A stretch of 64,000 bases of DNA. It comes from Chloroflexia bacterium. Lineage in GTDB: Bacteria > Chloroflexota > Chloroflexia > QHBQ01 > JADMIH01. Below the pieces are notes generated by a model. That model did not search any database. It was not told the origin of the DNA and saw only the letters and a program-made list of their open reading frames with translations. Shown here piece after piece: positions 1 through 9,575 of this stretch (the first letter of the stretch is position 1; the number at the start of each line of letters is the position of its first letter). A program made the translations under genes and the position numbers. The stretch is taken from the NCBI GenBank assembly GCA_034437815.1, contig DAOTTC010000006.1:1616-65615 (forward strand), read 5' to 3'.

Positions 1-725
1 GCACCCGGTTCCGGCGTGTGTTCACGGTAACGCCCGACCACAGGTGGATACTGGAAGACGGCACTGTCACCACCAGCCTGAAGGTAGGTGACAGGCTGGC
101 CGCCATGAAGCCGGCCTACGACTACGCAGGTGCTGAACTCGATCCAAAAGGCTTCGCACACGGCTTCGTTTTTGGCGGCGGCTGGAGGCATACATACTAC
201 CCCAACCGCTTTATGCTGAGGCTGTGCGGGGAGAAGAGCCGGAAGTATCTGCCCATCCTCCAGCAGGCGGCCAGCCTGATCAGCTACCCACCTTCGACGG
301 GTGGAGACCCACAGCTCACTTTCCTGAGCGAGGACTTCGGTGGGATAGACCTCAAGTCTCTGCCGGTAGGAGCCGAGATAGACAACCACTACATACGCTC
401 CTTCATCCGTGGCTGGATTGAGGCGGACGGCGGCAGAGGAAAAGAGAACTCTATTCTGCTGACCACTCAGAACAATCAGGCGGCGGAGTGGCTGCTGGCG
501 CACGGCCCATATCATGGATACACCATAGTGGGCTACTCGGTGAACATCTCAGCTACTGACTATGGGGCGCGCTCATCTCCTGTACACCGCATCACCATGC
601 ACGAAGAGCCGAGAGGCTATGTGGTTGCGGCCATAATTGATCGAGGGGAAGAAGGCGAGGCTTACTGTGTGGTAGAGCCAGAGACACATACCTTCTTGCT
701 GGAAGGGGGTGTGGTCACAGGCAAC
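1..725 (+). mobile_element. Intein (N-terminus outside window) with LAGLIDADG homing-endonuclease domain
   Basis: Two LAGLIDADG-like motifs: KGFAHGFVFGGG (~147-182) and IRSFIRGWIEADGG (~393-434). Terminal block THTFLLEGGVVTGN ends at 725, with the +1 Cys codon at 726-728. Confidence 0.75.
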
Positions 726-1286
726 TGCTTTGCCATAGCAGTGTCGCTGGGCCTCCAGTACGGCGTGCCGTTGGAGGAGTACGTGGACGCATTCATCTAC
801 ACGCGGTTCGAGCCGAGCGGTCGGGTGCTGGGCAACGACCACATAAAGATGTGCACCTCGGTGATAGACTACATCTTCCGCGAGCTTGCCATCTGCTACC
901 TCGACCGGCTCGATCTGGCCCATCTGCCCGAAGGCGAGGCCAACCGAGGGGATGCAGTGCCCAACCTGCAAATCGGCCCGGCGGCCACCACCAACCCGTC
1001 GCCCCACTTCCACCTGCCCGGTAACGGCAACGGCAACGGCACTAACGGTCATGCCTACACCAATGGCGCAGCTCTAGGGGCCGTCGTTGAGGCGGCGGTG
1101 GCGGTGCAGACCGATGCCGGTTCCAGCGACCGGCCTTCCCCCACAGGCCGGGCAGACCGCATAGCCGAGGCCCGTATCAAAGGCTACGAGGGCGAGAGCT
1201 GTCGCGAGTGCGGCCAGTTCACCCTCGTACGCAACGGTACTTGCCTCAAGTGCGACACCTGTGGGAGCACCAGCGGGTGCAGTTGA
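1..1286 (+). CDS. nrdJ: Adenosylcobalamin-dependent (class II) ribonucleotide reductase, C-terminal part; 5' end outside window; frame interrupted by an intein (1-725)
   Basis: Frame is open from the window edge. After the intein junction it reads CFAIAVSLGLQYGVPLEEYVDAFIYTRFEPSG...TSVIDYIFRELA. It ends in the Cys-rich tail CRECGQFTLVRNGTCLKCDTCGSTSGCS typical of class II RNR. Confidence 0.8.
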   Translation, partial: TRFRRVFTVTPDHRWILEDGTVTTSLKVGDRLAAMKPAYDYAGAELDPKGFAHGFVFGGGWRHTYYPNRFMLRLCGEKSRKYLPILQQAASLISYPPSTGGDPQLTFLSEDFGGIDLKSLPVGAEIDNHYIRSFIRGWIEADGGRGKENSILLTTQNNQAAEWLLAHGPYHGYTIVGYSVNISATDYGARSSPVHRITMHEEPRGYVVAAIIDRGEEGEAYCVVEPETHTFLLEGGVVTGNCFAIAVSLGLQYGVPLEEYVDAFIYTRFEPSGRVLGNDHIKMCTSVIDYIFRELAICYLDRLDLAHLPEGEANRGDAVPNLQIGPAATTNPSPHFHLPGNGNGNGTNGHAYTNGAALGAVVEAAVAVQTDAGSSDRPSPTGRADRIAEARIKGYEGESCRECGQFTLVRNGTCLKCDTCGSTSGCS

Positions 1287-1328
1287 GCAACATACAGGTT
1301 GATGACAACATAAACCGGTACGCCATGC

Positions 1329-1360
1329 GAGGGCGAGGTCGCGATTGTGACCTCGCCCTC
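1329..1360 (+). terminator. GC-rich hairpin downstream of nrdJ (possible terminator)
   Basis: gagggcgaggtc / gacctcgccctc form a 12-bp stem with an 8-nt loop. No clear T-tract follows. Confidence 0.35.
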
Positions 1361-1454
1361 GCCATTTAACCCCTGTGTGGTGTAAAATACATCAACTCAC
1401 AGGGCGGGTACGTCCCCGTTATGTTTCCCTCAAGCTTAAGATAGGAGAAAACAG

Positions 1455-1976
1455 GTGACAAGCGACAGCCTCAACAACGAACGAGAGTGGCAAGAGTGGC
1501 GAGCTGAGTACATGAAGCAAGTGCAGGACCTCATCCACCAGTACGGTTGGTTTGCTCAGGGCGTACTCGCCGGTGAAAGCCACCCTGAATATGAATACAC
1601 CATAGGCCTCACCCAGACCTATAACCACCCTGAATTCATCATCTTCGGACTGCACGGAGACACCATGCACGGCATATTGTCTATACTCGTGCGCGAGATC
1701 GAGTCGGGTGCGCGTTTTATAGGGGGCGACCGCGTCTCGCAGGTCATCGAGGGCTACGACCTCGCCATCTGCCCGGTGCCCGGGGACCGGTACGATGAAT
1801 ACGTGGGTGTGGCCCTCGACTACAACAATGGGCCTGATTTCGAACTGCTTCAGGTGGTATGGCCCGACAGGGCCGGGCACTTCCCATGGGAAGACAATTA
1901 CGACTCACGCCTGCACGAACAACAGCCCCTGTTGTGCACATCCTACGAAGGCTCAGGCAACCCACCCGGGTCATGA
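1455..1976 (+). CDS. DUF4262-like protein
   Basis: GTG start 7 nt after AGGAG. The motif EYEYTIGLTQTYNHPEFIIFGL resembles the DUF4262 signature (xYTvGL...PELixxGL). Confidence 0.6.
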   Translation: MTSDSLNNEREWQEWRAEYMKQVQDLIHQYGWFAQGVLAGESHPEYEYTIGLTQTYNHPEFIIFGLHGDTMHGILSILVREIESGARFIGGDRVSQVIEGYDLAICPVPGDRYDEYVGVALDYNNGPDFELLQVVWPDRAGHFPWEDNYDSRLHEQQPLLCTSYEGSGNPPGS

Positions 1977-2009
1977 CCAACCCTGCCCCATATAATCAGG
2001 AGGTGCCAT

Positions 2010-2450
2010 ATGCCCATCACCCACATCCAGTCGGCTACCGTGTGCGTCAGCGATCAGGATAGGGCGCTGGACTTCTTCGTCAACAAGCTGGGCTTTGAAG
2101 TGCGCGAAGACGCACCGTTCGGGGAGAATCAGGAACTGCGCTGGTTAGAGGTGGCCCCTCCCGGCGCTAAGACCGTACTTGTGCTGGCTAAAGGCTATGG
2201 TGGCTGTACCTCTGAGCGCGTAGGTAAGTTCTCTGGCATCGTTTTCGAGACCGACGATATCCAGCGCACCTATGAAGAATTGACGAAGCGCGGGGTGCAC
2301 TTCACCGAGCCTCCTACCATGCAGCCATGGGGCATGTATCAGGCCATCTTCCAAGACCCCGACGGCAACCGCTTCGTGCTCGTCTCCGAGCCGGTGTACA
2401 TCCAGCGCCGCACCCGGGGCATCAGGACTTCTCAAACCAACCCTCTTTGA
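2010..2450 (+). CDS. VOC family protein (glyoxalase/bleomycin-resistance/dioxygenase fold)
   Basis: AGGAGG RBS. THIQSATVCVSDQDRALDFFVNKLGFEV ... FQDPDGNRFVLV is the typical VOC beta-alpha-beta pattern. Confidence 0.8.
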   Translation: MPITHIQSATVCVSDQDRALDFFVNKLGFEVREDAPFGENQELRWLEVAPPGAKTVLVLAKGYGGCTSERVGKFSGIVFETDDIQRTYEELTKRGVHFTEPPTMQPWGMYQAIFQDPDGNRFVLVSEPVYIQRRTRGIRTSQTNPL

Positions 2451-2477
2451 AAAGGCCGTAAACAGAAGACACTCCAT

Positions 2478-2604
2478 GGGGGCATGGCCCTCTGCACCCC
2501 TATTTTTGGGGTGGGGAACCGGGGCACCCCGCACCCACAGGTACCCCGGCAGGGGAGCACCCCTGCGCCCCGCTATTTATAGCCTTTGCCCGGATAACCG
2601 GTCT
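2478..2604 (+). repeat. Dispersed intergenic repeat, copy 1 (module C)
   Basis: ccccgcacccacaggtaccccggcaggggagcacccctgcgccccgctatttatagcctttgcccggataaccggt aligns with 51077-51165 and 38924-39012. Confidence 0.75.
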
Positions 2605-2843
2605 GAGGCATGCCTGTAGTAGTCCGTAGCCTACGATCTCCACATCCCTTCCACACTTTTCCCCAATTTATGAACACCCATCCCACATCGAAGGCACAAG
2701 TCGGGATGGGTGTGCTATGATTGCCCCCAGACAAAGCGTATTACATTGCACTACTTACCCGCTTACGTTTTTGCGTGTTGTGCCTACACGCCGACCGCTT
2801 TGGTTGCTTATCAGGTGTCGATTCTAAATTAGGAGACGGAGAC

Positions 2844-4019
2844 ATGTTGCAAACTACATCTTCACCTTCAAGCCTGCCTTCGATTGCCGACCTGCTCGCC
2901 AGAGGTAAGCAGGCGGCGATGAGCGGCCAGCGTGAACTGGCCCGCGAAATGCTCGCCTATGTGGTCTACTTGGACCCGGCCAATGCCGAGGGCTGGTTAT
3001 GGCTCAGTGGGGTTGTGGATATGCCCGATCAGGTGCGCTACTGTCTGGAGCGCACCCTGCGCGTGGACCCTGATAACCAGCGCGCCAGACGCGGCATTGA
3101 ATGGCTCGACGCCCGTCAAAAGGAGATAGATGAGGCGCGCGCCGCCGCCGAACGCGTCAAGCCCTACTGGCAGACCTCTCGGCCCAAACCGCTGCTCAAT
3201 GTGGTGAAGAGCGCGCAGATGCAGGCGGCAGGTGGTGCTAACACCGTCCAGCGGCGTCCGGCGAGCTGGACCTCTATCGGCCTGACAATACCCAACTCGC
3301 GCGTATCGCGCAGCAACTCCCCTACCATGCCCGTCTCCCCTTCTACACTGCAACGTGTGGCCGCCCGCCCTCCGGTCAGCGATCCCGCCTATCGTGAAGA
3401 AGTGCTGGCCGCAGGTGATGAGTTGGCCGCCCGCTTCGTGACCAACGTGGCCCTGCATAACCTGCTTCGCGCCGTGCACCGTGTGACCGGCGAGCCGGGT
3501 CTGCAAGTCATGCTCAGCATGTCCGGGTTAGAAGAATTCTATGGAGCCATCCCTGACCCCGATGAAGAACCGGCCATCAATTACACGCGCTTCAGCGCCT
3601 TCGCCGAGGCGATGGAAGAATTCTACGACCACGCTGTGGTGCCTATGGAGCTGAAGGTGGGACGCGAACTGTTCCGGCAGGAACTGGCCCTCAAGGGCAA
3701 GTTGGCCGCCATGAAGGGCATCCAGTTCAAACTGATGTCTCCAGAAAAGAAACTGGAGGCTATCCTCATGGAGATAGCCGATGCACACGCCCGCATGGGC
3801 ATGGACGCCTACTTCGAAGAGAGGGAAGGGGGCTACCTGTTCGTGATTGACACCTGCCCGTACTGTTACGGCCGCCTGACCAACGCAAGGTGCAACGTGA
3901 CGGCGGGTTTTCTGGCCGCTGGCATAGAATGGGCCACAGCACGCCCCCTGCCCGTGGAGGAAGTGTCGTGCCGGGGCTTGGACGAGCCGCACTGTGCGTA
4001 TTGGATTGCCGCAGATTGA
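2844..4019 (+). CDS. TPR-repeat protein with C-terminal V4R (4-vinyl-reductase-like) domain
   Basis: Likely ATG at 2844 after AGGAGACGGAG; the ORF is open from 2721. N-terminal TPR-like LDPANAEGWLWLSG...RVDPDNQRARRG. C-terminus FVIDTCPYCYG...NVTAGFLAAGIEWA...EVSCRGLDEPHCAYWI is V4R-like. Confidence 0.6.
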   Translation: MLQTTSSPSSLPSIADLLARGKQAAMSGQRELAREMLAYVVYLDPANAEGWLWLSGVVDMPDQVRYCLERTLRVDPDNQRARRGIEWLDARQKEIDEARAAAERVKPYWQTSRPKPLLNVVKSAQMQAAGGANTVQRRPASWTSIGLTIPNSRVSRSNSPTMPVSPSTLQRVAARPPVSDPAYREEVLAAGDELAARFVTNVALHNLLRAVHRVTGEPGLQVMLSMSGLEEFYGAIPDPDEEPAINYTRFSAFAEAMEEFYDHAVVPMELKVGRELFRQELALKGKLAAMKGIQFKLMSPEKKLEAILMEIADAHARMGMDAYFEEREGGYLFVIDTCPYCYGRLTNARCNVTAGFLAAGIEWATARPLPVEEVSCRGLDEPHCAYWIAAD

Positions 4020-4048
4020 CACCGTGGGCCGCGGCATGCATATCCATT

Positions 4049-4075
4049 GTGGGGCGAGGCCAGACCTCGCCCCAC
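4049..4075 (+). terminator. Hairpin downstream of the V4R gene (possible terminator)
   Basis: gtggggcgagg ccaga cctcgccccac gives an 11-bp stem. The tail is weakly T-rich. Confidence 0.35.
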
Positions 4076-4293
4076 CGATTCCCTATTTGCCGGCGCTCCT
4101 AGTATAACCGGCGGAGCAACCACCCATATCGGTGAATCGTTACAATCCAAGCAATGCATCGCAGCGTAATTATCGAATGCGCATTCATGAGCGATGTCAA
4201 GGAATGGGGAAGGGCAAGCCGGGGAGGGCAAAGCTCTACTCAGACCCGTCCTGCTGTTGCACACAAAACGCCATGAAATAGCACGAGGCAAAT

Positions 4294-6660
4294 ATGATGT
4301 CCCATCTTATCCACCTCGCCGTAGTCGTGCGCTACCTGCCAACGCCGCCCGTCCTTGTCCGGGTCGGGCTGATCCTGCTATTCGTAGTCAGCCTCGCCTG
4401 CTCGCCCATCACCGCTCATAGTTATGCTCTCGGCGATCGCAACTCAGCGCTCGCTGCCGGACCATCACAACCTATATCCGCTCCCGTTGCGGTCAGAGGC
4501 CCTGACTCTCGCCTGTGGATTACGCCCCGAGGCGGCCAGCCTTTCTTCGTGGTCGGGGCAAACTACGAAGGCCCCACCGACCACGCGTGGATGATGTGGG
4601 AAGACGATAAATTCGACATCGGACTGATAGAAGCCGACTTCGTGAAGGCACGTGATTTTGGCATCAACACGCTGCGTATCTTCGTGCAGAGGCCCCTGCG
4701 CGACGACATCAATGCGGGAGACTTTTCCAAACTGGACGCAGTTACCGCGCTGGCCCGCAAGCACCGGTTGTGGCTCATACTGACCTTCACAGATTGGCCG
4801 GAACCCGACTTGGCCAAGGCCGCCGACCTCAACGCGCGCATAGCCGCTCATCTGGCGGACGAGCCCTCGATACTGGCCTACGACGTGAAGAACGAACCGC
4901 AGTTCACCGACATAGCGGGGGCCATCTACCCACCCGAAGTTCAGGTACCCATCCAGACCCCGGACCTCATAGCGACCTATGGAGAGCGCATCGCCCGCCA
5001 TTCCGTTGGCGAATATCGGCGGGGTGAAGGGCGCAACATCATCCCGGCCCGCATGAACGACGACCAAGCCTACGTGATGGCTAACTACTACAAATTGTTT
5101 GTTGACTTCCTCAACGCCGGGGCGCAGTGGGTCAATGCTCACCCCGGCACCACCACGCTCGATTTCATGGATTCTCCCGATTCGGCCTCGTGGCAGCCAT
5201 TCCTCACGGCGCTGGACACCAGCCTCGCCGCTTGGGTGAACACACAGATAGCTCCGGTGCGCGCTGCCGACCCCGGTCGCCCGATCACCGTCGGGTACAG
5301 CAACATGGTGCTCGCCAAGCTACCCTTCAACCGTTCACTTGACTTTCATTCGCCCCACCGCTTCACGTCGCACGGCCATTCGGGCCTCATGGGCACCCTG
5401 CGCGTGCTGGACAACTTGCAGCGCACTTTCGCCGGCCAGCCGGTGTTGCTGGAAGAGTTCGGCTACCCCGGCCAGCGGCGCGGCTCGGACGGTGGCTTGA
5501 CTGGCTACGACCCGCGCACCACCGCCAATCTCGAATCGGCCATCTGGGTCTACCTGTATGCCAACGGTTTCGCCGGAGGGGCCAAGTGGATGCTCAACAA
5601 TTTCCCGCCCGGCTATGACCCTGCTCAGAACTCATTTGGTCTGTTCGATGACAACGGCAGGCCCAAGATCAACGCGCACGCCTTGCGGCAGATCGTCCAC
5701 ACCCTCAGCCGCACGTCGCCCGGCACCATGTCTTCGGTAAGCCCGGACGACAATCTGGCGGTGAGGTATGCCTACACCTCACGAGACGCCCTTATCGTCG
5801 GGGGCAAAGTATACACGGGTACCAACGTCATCTTCACCGCAAACGCCCCTTCTAATTTGATCATGGGTCTTGTGGGAGGTAGCGTTACCATCTTCTCCAC
5901 GGACTCGGCCACGCTGGACCTCGACCTGCCGGGCATTTTCGGCCTGCCGGTGAGCGAAATGGGGCGCATCAACCTGACCGGGCAGGACCCCAACGGCAAC
6001 CCATGGACCCCTCCTATGCCCACCCTGAACGGCGACCGGCTGCGCGTCTCCCTGTCGCCGCTCTACCGATACCGACTGAGCATAGTGCCCAAAGCCGTGG
6101 AGCGCGCTCAACCCATGCCCGGCCCCGACTCCGTATACTTTCCGCAGACCGGCCACAACCTGAGTGGCGAATTCCTCAGGTACTGGCAGGCTAACGGCGG
6201 CCTGCGCATCTTCGGCTACCCCATCTCCGAGCCGTTCATAGAGAACGGTTATCTGGTGCAGTATTTCGAGCGCAACCGCTTCGAATACCACCCGCAGAAC
6301 CAGCCGCCCTACAACGTGTTACTGGGCAGGTTAGGAGCCGATGCGGTGGCTGGGCGCAAGTTCCCCGCAATCCAGCCGTTCGAGTCCGGCCCTGACCATC
6401 GCTATTTCCCGGAGACGGGCCACTCGCTCAACTACGCCTTCAAAGGTTACTGGGAGCGCAACGGCGGCCTTGCGGTGTTCGGTTACCCCATCTCCGAAGA
6501 GATACGCGAGGTCAACCCCATAGATGGCAAGGAATATACGGTGCAATACTTCGAGCGTGCTCGCTTCGAATACCACCCGGAGTATAAGGGCACCGATGCA
6601 GAAGTGCTGCTTGGCCTGCTCGGAGTAACCGCCCTCAAAGACAGGGGCTGGCTTCCCTGA
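4294..6660 (+). CDS. Secreted glycoside hydrolase family 5-like enzyme with two C-terminal YFPxTGH repeat modules
   Basis: N-terminal hydrophobic signal/anchor. YDVKNEPQF (acid/base NEP) and LLEEFGYPG (nucleophile) motifs. Duplicated ~55-aa modules at ~6134-6292 and ~6404-6585. Confidence 0.65.
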   Translation: MMSHLIHLAVVVRYLPTPPVLVRVGLILLFVVSLACSPITAHSYALGDRNSALAAGPSQPISAPVAVRGPDSRLWITPRGGQPFFVVGANYEGPTDHAWMMWEDDKFDIGLIEADFVKARDFGINTLRIFVQRPLRDDINAGDFSKLDAVTALARKHRLWLILTFTDWPEPDLAKAADLNARIAAHLADEPSILAYDVKNEPQFTDIAGAIYPPEVQVPIQTPDLIATYGERIARHSVGEYRRGEGRNIIPARMNDDQAYVMANYYKLFVDFLNAGAQWVNAHPGTTTLDFMDSPDSASWQPFLTALDTSLAAWVNTQIAPVRAADPGRPITVGYSNMVLAKLPFNRSLDFHSPHRFTSHGHSGLMGTLRVLDNLQRTFAGQPVLLEEFGYPGQRRGSDGGLTGYDPRTTANLESAIWVYLYANGFAGGAKWMLNNFPPGYDPAQNSFGLFDDNGRPKINAHALRQIVHTLSRTSPGTMSSVSPDDNLAVRYAYTSRDALIVGGKVYTGTNVIFTANAPSNLIMGLVGGSVTIFSTDSATLDLDLPGIFGLPVSEMGRINLTGQDPNGNPWTPPMPTLNGDRLRVSLSPLYRYRLSIVPKAVERAQPMPGPDSVYFPQTGHNLSGEFLRYWQANGGLRIFGYPISEPFIENGYLVQYFERNRFEYHPQNQPPYNVLLGRLGADAVAGRKFPAIQPFESGPDHRYFPETGHSLNYAFKGYWERNGGLAVFGYPISEEIREVNPIDGKEYTVQYFERARFEYHPEYKGTDAEVLLGLLGVTALKDRGWLP

Positions 6661-6675
6661 CCACGGGCATCGGTC

Positions 6676-9108
6676 CTATTTTCGGTGCCACCACGCCAGT
6701 TCCGGACCGGTGGGAAGGCGGTGAACCTCGTATTCGTACTGTTGTTTGAGCTGCCCCTTCACCGGCTGGAAGTAGTTTATCCACTCGTCCAGTATGTAAT
6801 CGGGTTTGCGCCCAAGCACGTACACCGGGTCCTGCTTGTCGTGGCCGGGATTGCCGGTGCCCATGGTGCTTACTTGAAGCCTGCCAATGTGTAGGTCATT
6901 CAGGCCATACACGTCAATCACCCGTCGCTGGCTGTAAAAAGCAATGGCGCCCGCTCCCTTGGCCGCCGTGATAGTGTCAGGTGGCGTGTTGTCCCTCAGC
7001 CACAACCCCGCAGATCCCCACCTGTTGACGTAGCTGTCGTGCAGGCGGGTAAGCTGCGCGGCCACACTGTCTGGCGCTTGCAGGGCCAGAGCGCTTACTG
7101 AGTAGGCCGCCCATGCGAGGCCAAGGGTGGCCGCCGCATAGGTGCGTGCCCCGCTCCACCTCGGCAGGCGTGACAGACCCGCGCGGGCCGCATCCGTACC
7201 GAGCACGATCAATGGGACCACCACCGGCACGAGGAACCGCCAGCCCGGAAAGTGGTCACCACCCACCCATACAACATACAGGCTGTATATCGCCACGAAC
7301 GCCGCGAGCGCCGCACGCAACCCGTGCAGGCGGCGTTGCAGAGCCATCACAACGATTCCGAATGCAGACAGCCCAGCAGGCAGCCATCGCTCACCCAGAA
7401 ACACGCTCACATAGCCCCAACCCCGCGCTATCAGTGCAGGCGCGGTGCCCGTCTTGGCGTAAAAGGTGTTGGGGAGCAGGTCCCCGTAGTAGCTAATGCG
7501 CCATGCCTGATAGGGCAACACGACCGCCAGATAGGGCAGGACACAGATGCCCAACATCCTGCCCCATCGCCCATCCCGCCCCTCAACCCTGTCTTGCCAC
7601 GACCTCATGGCTATGAAAACAGCTGCTGCCAAGAGCCCTTCCGGTCTGGTGAGTGATGCCAAGCCGAGCACCGCCCCACCCAGCGCCCGCCGCGCCATCG
7701 TTGAAGCACCCCCTTCGGACCACAACAGGGCAACCCCCAGCAGGACCAGAAATCCAAAGGCCATGGCTTCCATGCCACTGCCGCGCGCCCCATAGGCGAG
7801 CACCGCACCATCTGTCGCCACCAACAGTGCCGCCAGCATGGGCCATATGCTGCTTGTTCCCCACAGCCTGCCCCCCAGATGAAAGGTCAAGGCCAGCATG
7901 CCGATTGCCAGCCCGATATTTGTGGCCAGCATTACTCCAACTGGGTGCATGCCGGCCCACAGGACGGCCGCCGCCAGCATGGTCCACAGGAAGTTGGTGT
8001 AGCCTTCCACCACCTCGCCGGCGTTGTATACCAGCCCATTGCCATGAACCATGTTCCACGCATATCGGTAGGAGATGTAAGCGTCGTCCATCTGCCAGTC
8101 GCCCATCACGCGCCCCGCCACCACTAGCCACACGCCCATAATAGCAAGGCCCATGGCCATAAGCCTTGCCGTGGCCGAGGCCTTGCGCGGTGCCAGCCAT
8201 ATGCTCAGGAACCACGCTGTGCCGGCAAGCGCCATCTCCACGGGCAATGGCACGGCGCGAGCAACGTAAGTGAGGCTAAGGAAGGTGAGGGACAGCGCCG
8301 TGACCACCGCGTACACGACCGCCCATAGCGTCGAGAACCTGCGGAGCGCCATCCACAGCACCACGCACAGTACCGCCACCCACGTGGCCGCCTCCACAGC
8401 CAGCTCTGTCCGGCTCTTACGGGCGTGCAGCTCTACCCGATCCACCGCCACACCCAACTCCCTCGGATCGCCGGGCACGTGGGCAGTGGTGGTTCTCAGG
8501 TCTACCTGTATGTGCGCTGGGTGGAGATAAGGATTGGGTTCCCGCCATGTGTCGAGCGCCGCGCTTATTTCCTGAAATTGTGGGCCTACGCGGTAATCGC
8601 CTGCCGGTCTGTCATTCAGGTACAGCCTTACCACCGCCGGGTTCTGCTCGGTGGCCCACACGGCCGCCAGCCGCACCGACACATGCGTGTGCCTGCCCAA
8701 GTGCGATGCGTAGGGGAAGGTCAGCGTGGCATGGGGGCCGGTCCACCGGAAGGTGATGCCGCCCGGCCCGACCTCAGGGGGATACATACCCGAAGCGTGG
8801 GCCAGCGGGTCGTACAGGCCGTCGGCAGGATAGGTGTGTGCCGTCATATCAATGCTCATCGCCCCACCCGGTGCCGCTATGGCCAATGCCAGATATGCTA
8901 TGCCGCTCACTATCACGCCGGCCACCAATGTAGCAGCGCGTGCCATGGACGGGCGGCCGCGCTCCGGGCTTTGGCCGTCCAGACCAAAGCTAGCGCCCAT
9001 GCCTAGGGTCGCTGGAACCTGCTTGCCTTTGCGAACTTCGGCTTGTTGACGGTCGGTGGTGTACATGGTCATGCTCGGTTCGTGTCGGCGCGGGATGGCA
9101 CCCGGCAC
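6676..9108 (-). CDS. Large polytopic membrane protein, GT-C-type glycosyltransferase-like (start codon uncertain)
   Basis: More than 10 hydrophobic segments. The motif [36 protein letters not shown] resembles the first-loop DD motif of GT-C/arabinosyltransferase-like enzymes. Confidence 0.5.
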   Translation of the reverse strand: MPGAIPRRHEPSMTMYTTDRQQAEVRKGKQVPATLGMGASFGLDGQSPERGRPSMARAATLVAGVIVSGIAYLALAIAAPGGAMSIDMTAHTYPADGLYDPLAHASGMYPPEVGPGGITFRWTGPHATLTFPYASHLGRHTHVSVRLAAVWATEQNPAVVRLYLNDRPAGDYRVGPQFQEISAALDTWREPNPYLHPAHIQVDLRTTTAHVPGDPRELGVAVDRVELHARKSRTELAVEAATWVAVLCVVLWMALRRFSTLWAVVYAVVTALSLTFLSLTYVARAVPLPVEMALAGTAWFLSIWLAPRKASATARLMAMGLAIMGVWLVVAGRVMGDWQMDDAYISYRYAWNMVHGNGLVYNAGEVVEGYTNFLWTMLAAAVLWAGMHPVGVMLATNIGLAIGMLALTFHLGGRLWGTSSIWPMLAALLVATDGAVLAYGARGSGMEAMAFGFLVLLGVALLWSEGGASTMARRALGGAVLGLASLTRPEGLLAAAVFIAMRSWQDRVEGRDGRWGRMLGICVLPYLAVVLPYQAWRISYYGDLLPNTFYAKTGTAPALIARGWGYVSVFLGERWLPAGLSAFGIVVMALQRRLHGLRAALAAFVAIYSLYVVWVGGDHFPGWRFLVPVVVPLIVLGTDAARAGLSRLPRWSGARTYAAATLGLAWAAYSVSALALQAPDSVAAQLTRLHDSYVNRWGSAGLWLRDNTPPDTITAAKGAGAIAFYSQRRVIDVYGLNDLHIGRLQVSTMGTGNPGHDKQDPVYVLGRKPDYILDEWINYFQPVKGQLKQQYEYEVHRLPTGPELAWWHRK

Positions 9109-9575
9109 ATGCGTGTGTCGAACCTCACGCGCGATTCTACCAGAAATCGGGTCGGGTGCGGCTGACTGGAGGCTGCCGTCCCACCGACAAGGCAGATGGG
9201 TGGATCAGCTGACGTTTTGTATGTATCGGCAAAGGGGATTCCGGTGCCCTCTGCCGCCTGAAAACCTTTGTAAATCATCAGCGTGATTCGCCAACCCTTA
9301 CAAAAGTCATGGTGCGGTTTGGCCCCATTGTGTCACCTCGTGGCATTTCCATCCAAGCGCCGTTTGGGGTAGAATAAGGTAATTTCCACTGCAATGGCGC
9401 ACCCGGCCCATTACTCGAAGCATGGAGGCCCTCGCCTCTATATCGGCGGGCCGTTAGCTGTGTGCGTGGGTGGCACACACGCCCCCCGAGCAGCTATGCT
9501 CCGGCACTCCGTGCGACCGGGCCGGTGCAACATCGTCAGTATATAGGTATATAGTGCATATGACTGAACCAGCCT

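Noticed and set aside
1021-1050. Short hexanucleotide repeat (aacggc)x3 in nrdJ, and similar short repeats at 42770-42800 and 41905-41935
   Set aside because: These are low-complexity linker codons (GNGNGNG, STSTST, QEQEQE) inside clearly coding genes, too short to be distinct features.
9110-9575. Possible small genes or ncRNA in the divergent spacer between the GT-C-like gene and ftsH (ORFs 9069-9278, 9278-9478)
   Set aside because: The ORFs have no RBS or start context or motifs. I saw only an AT-rich TATATAGGTATATA stretch near 9540 that is probably promoter sequence. The evidence is insufficient for a call.
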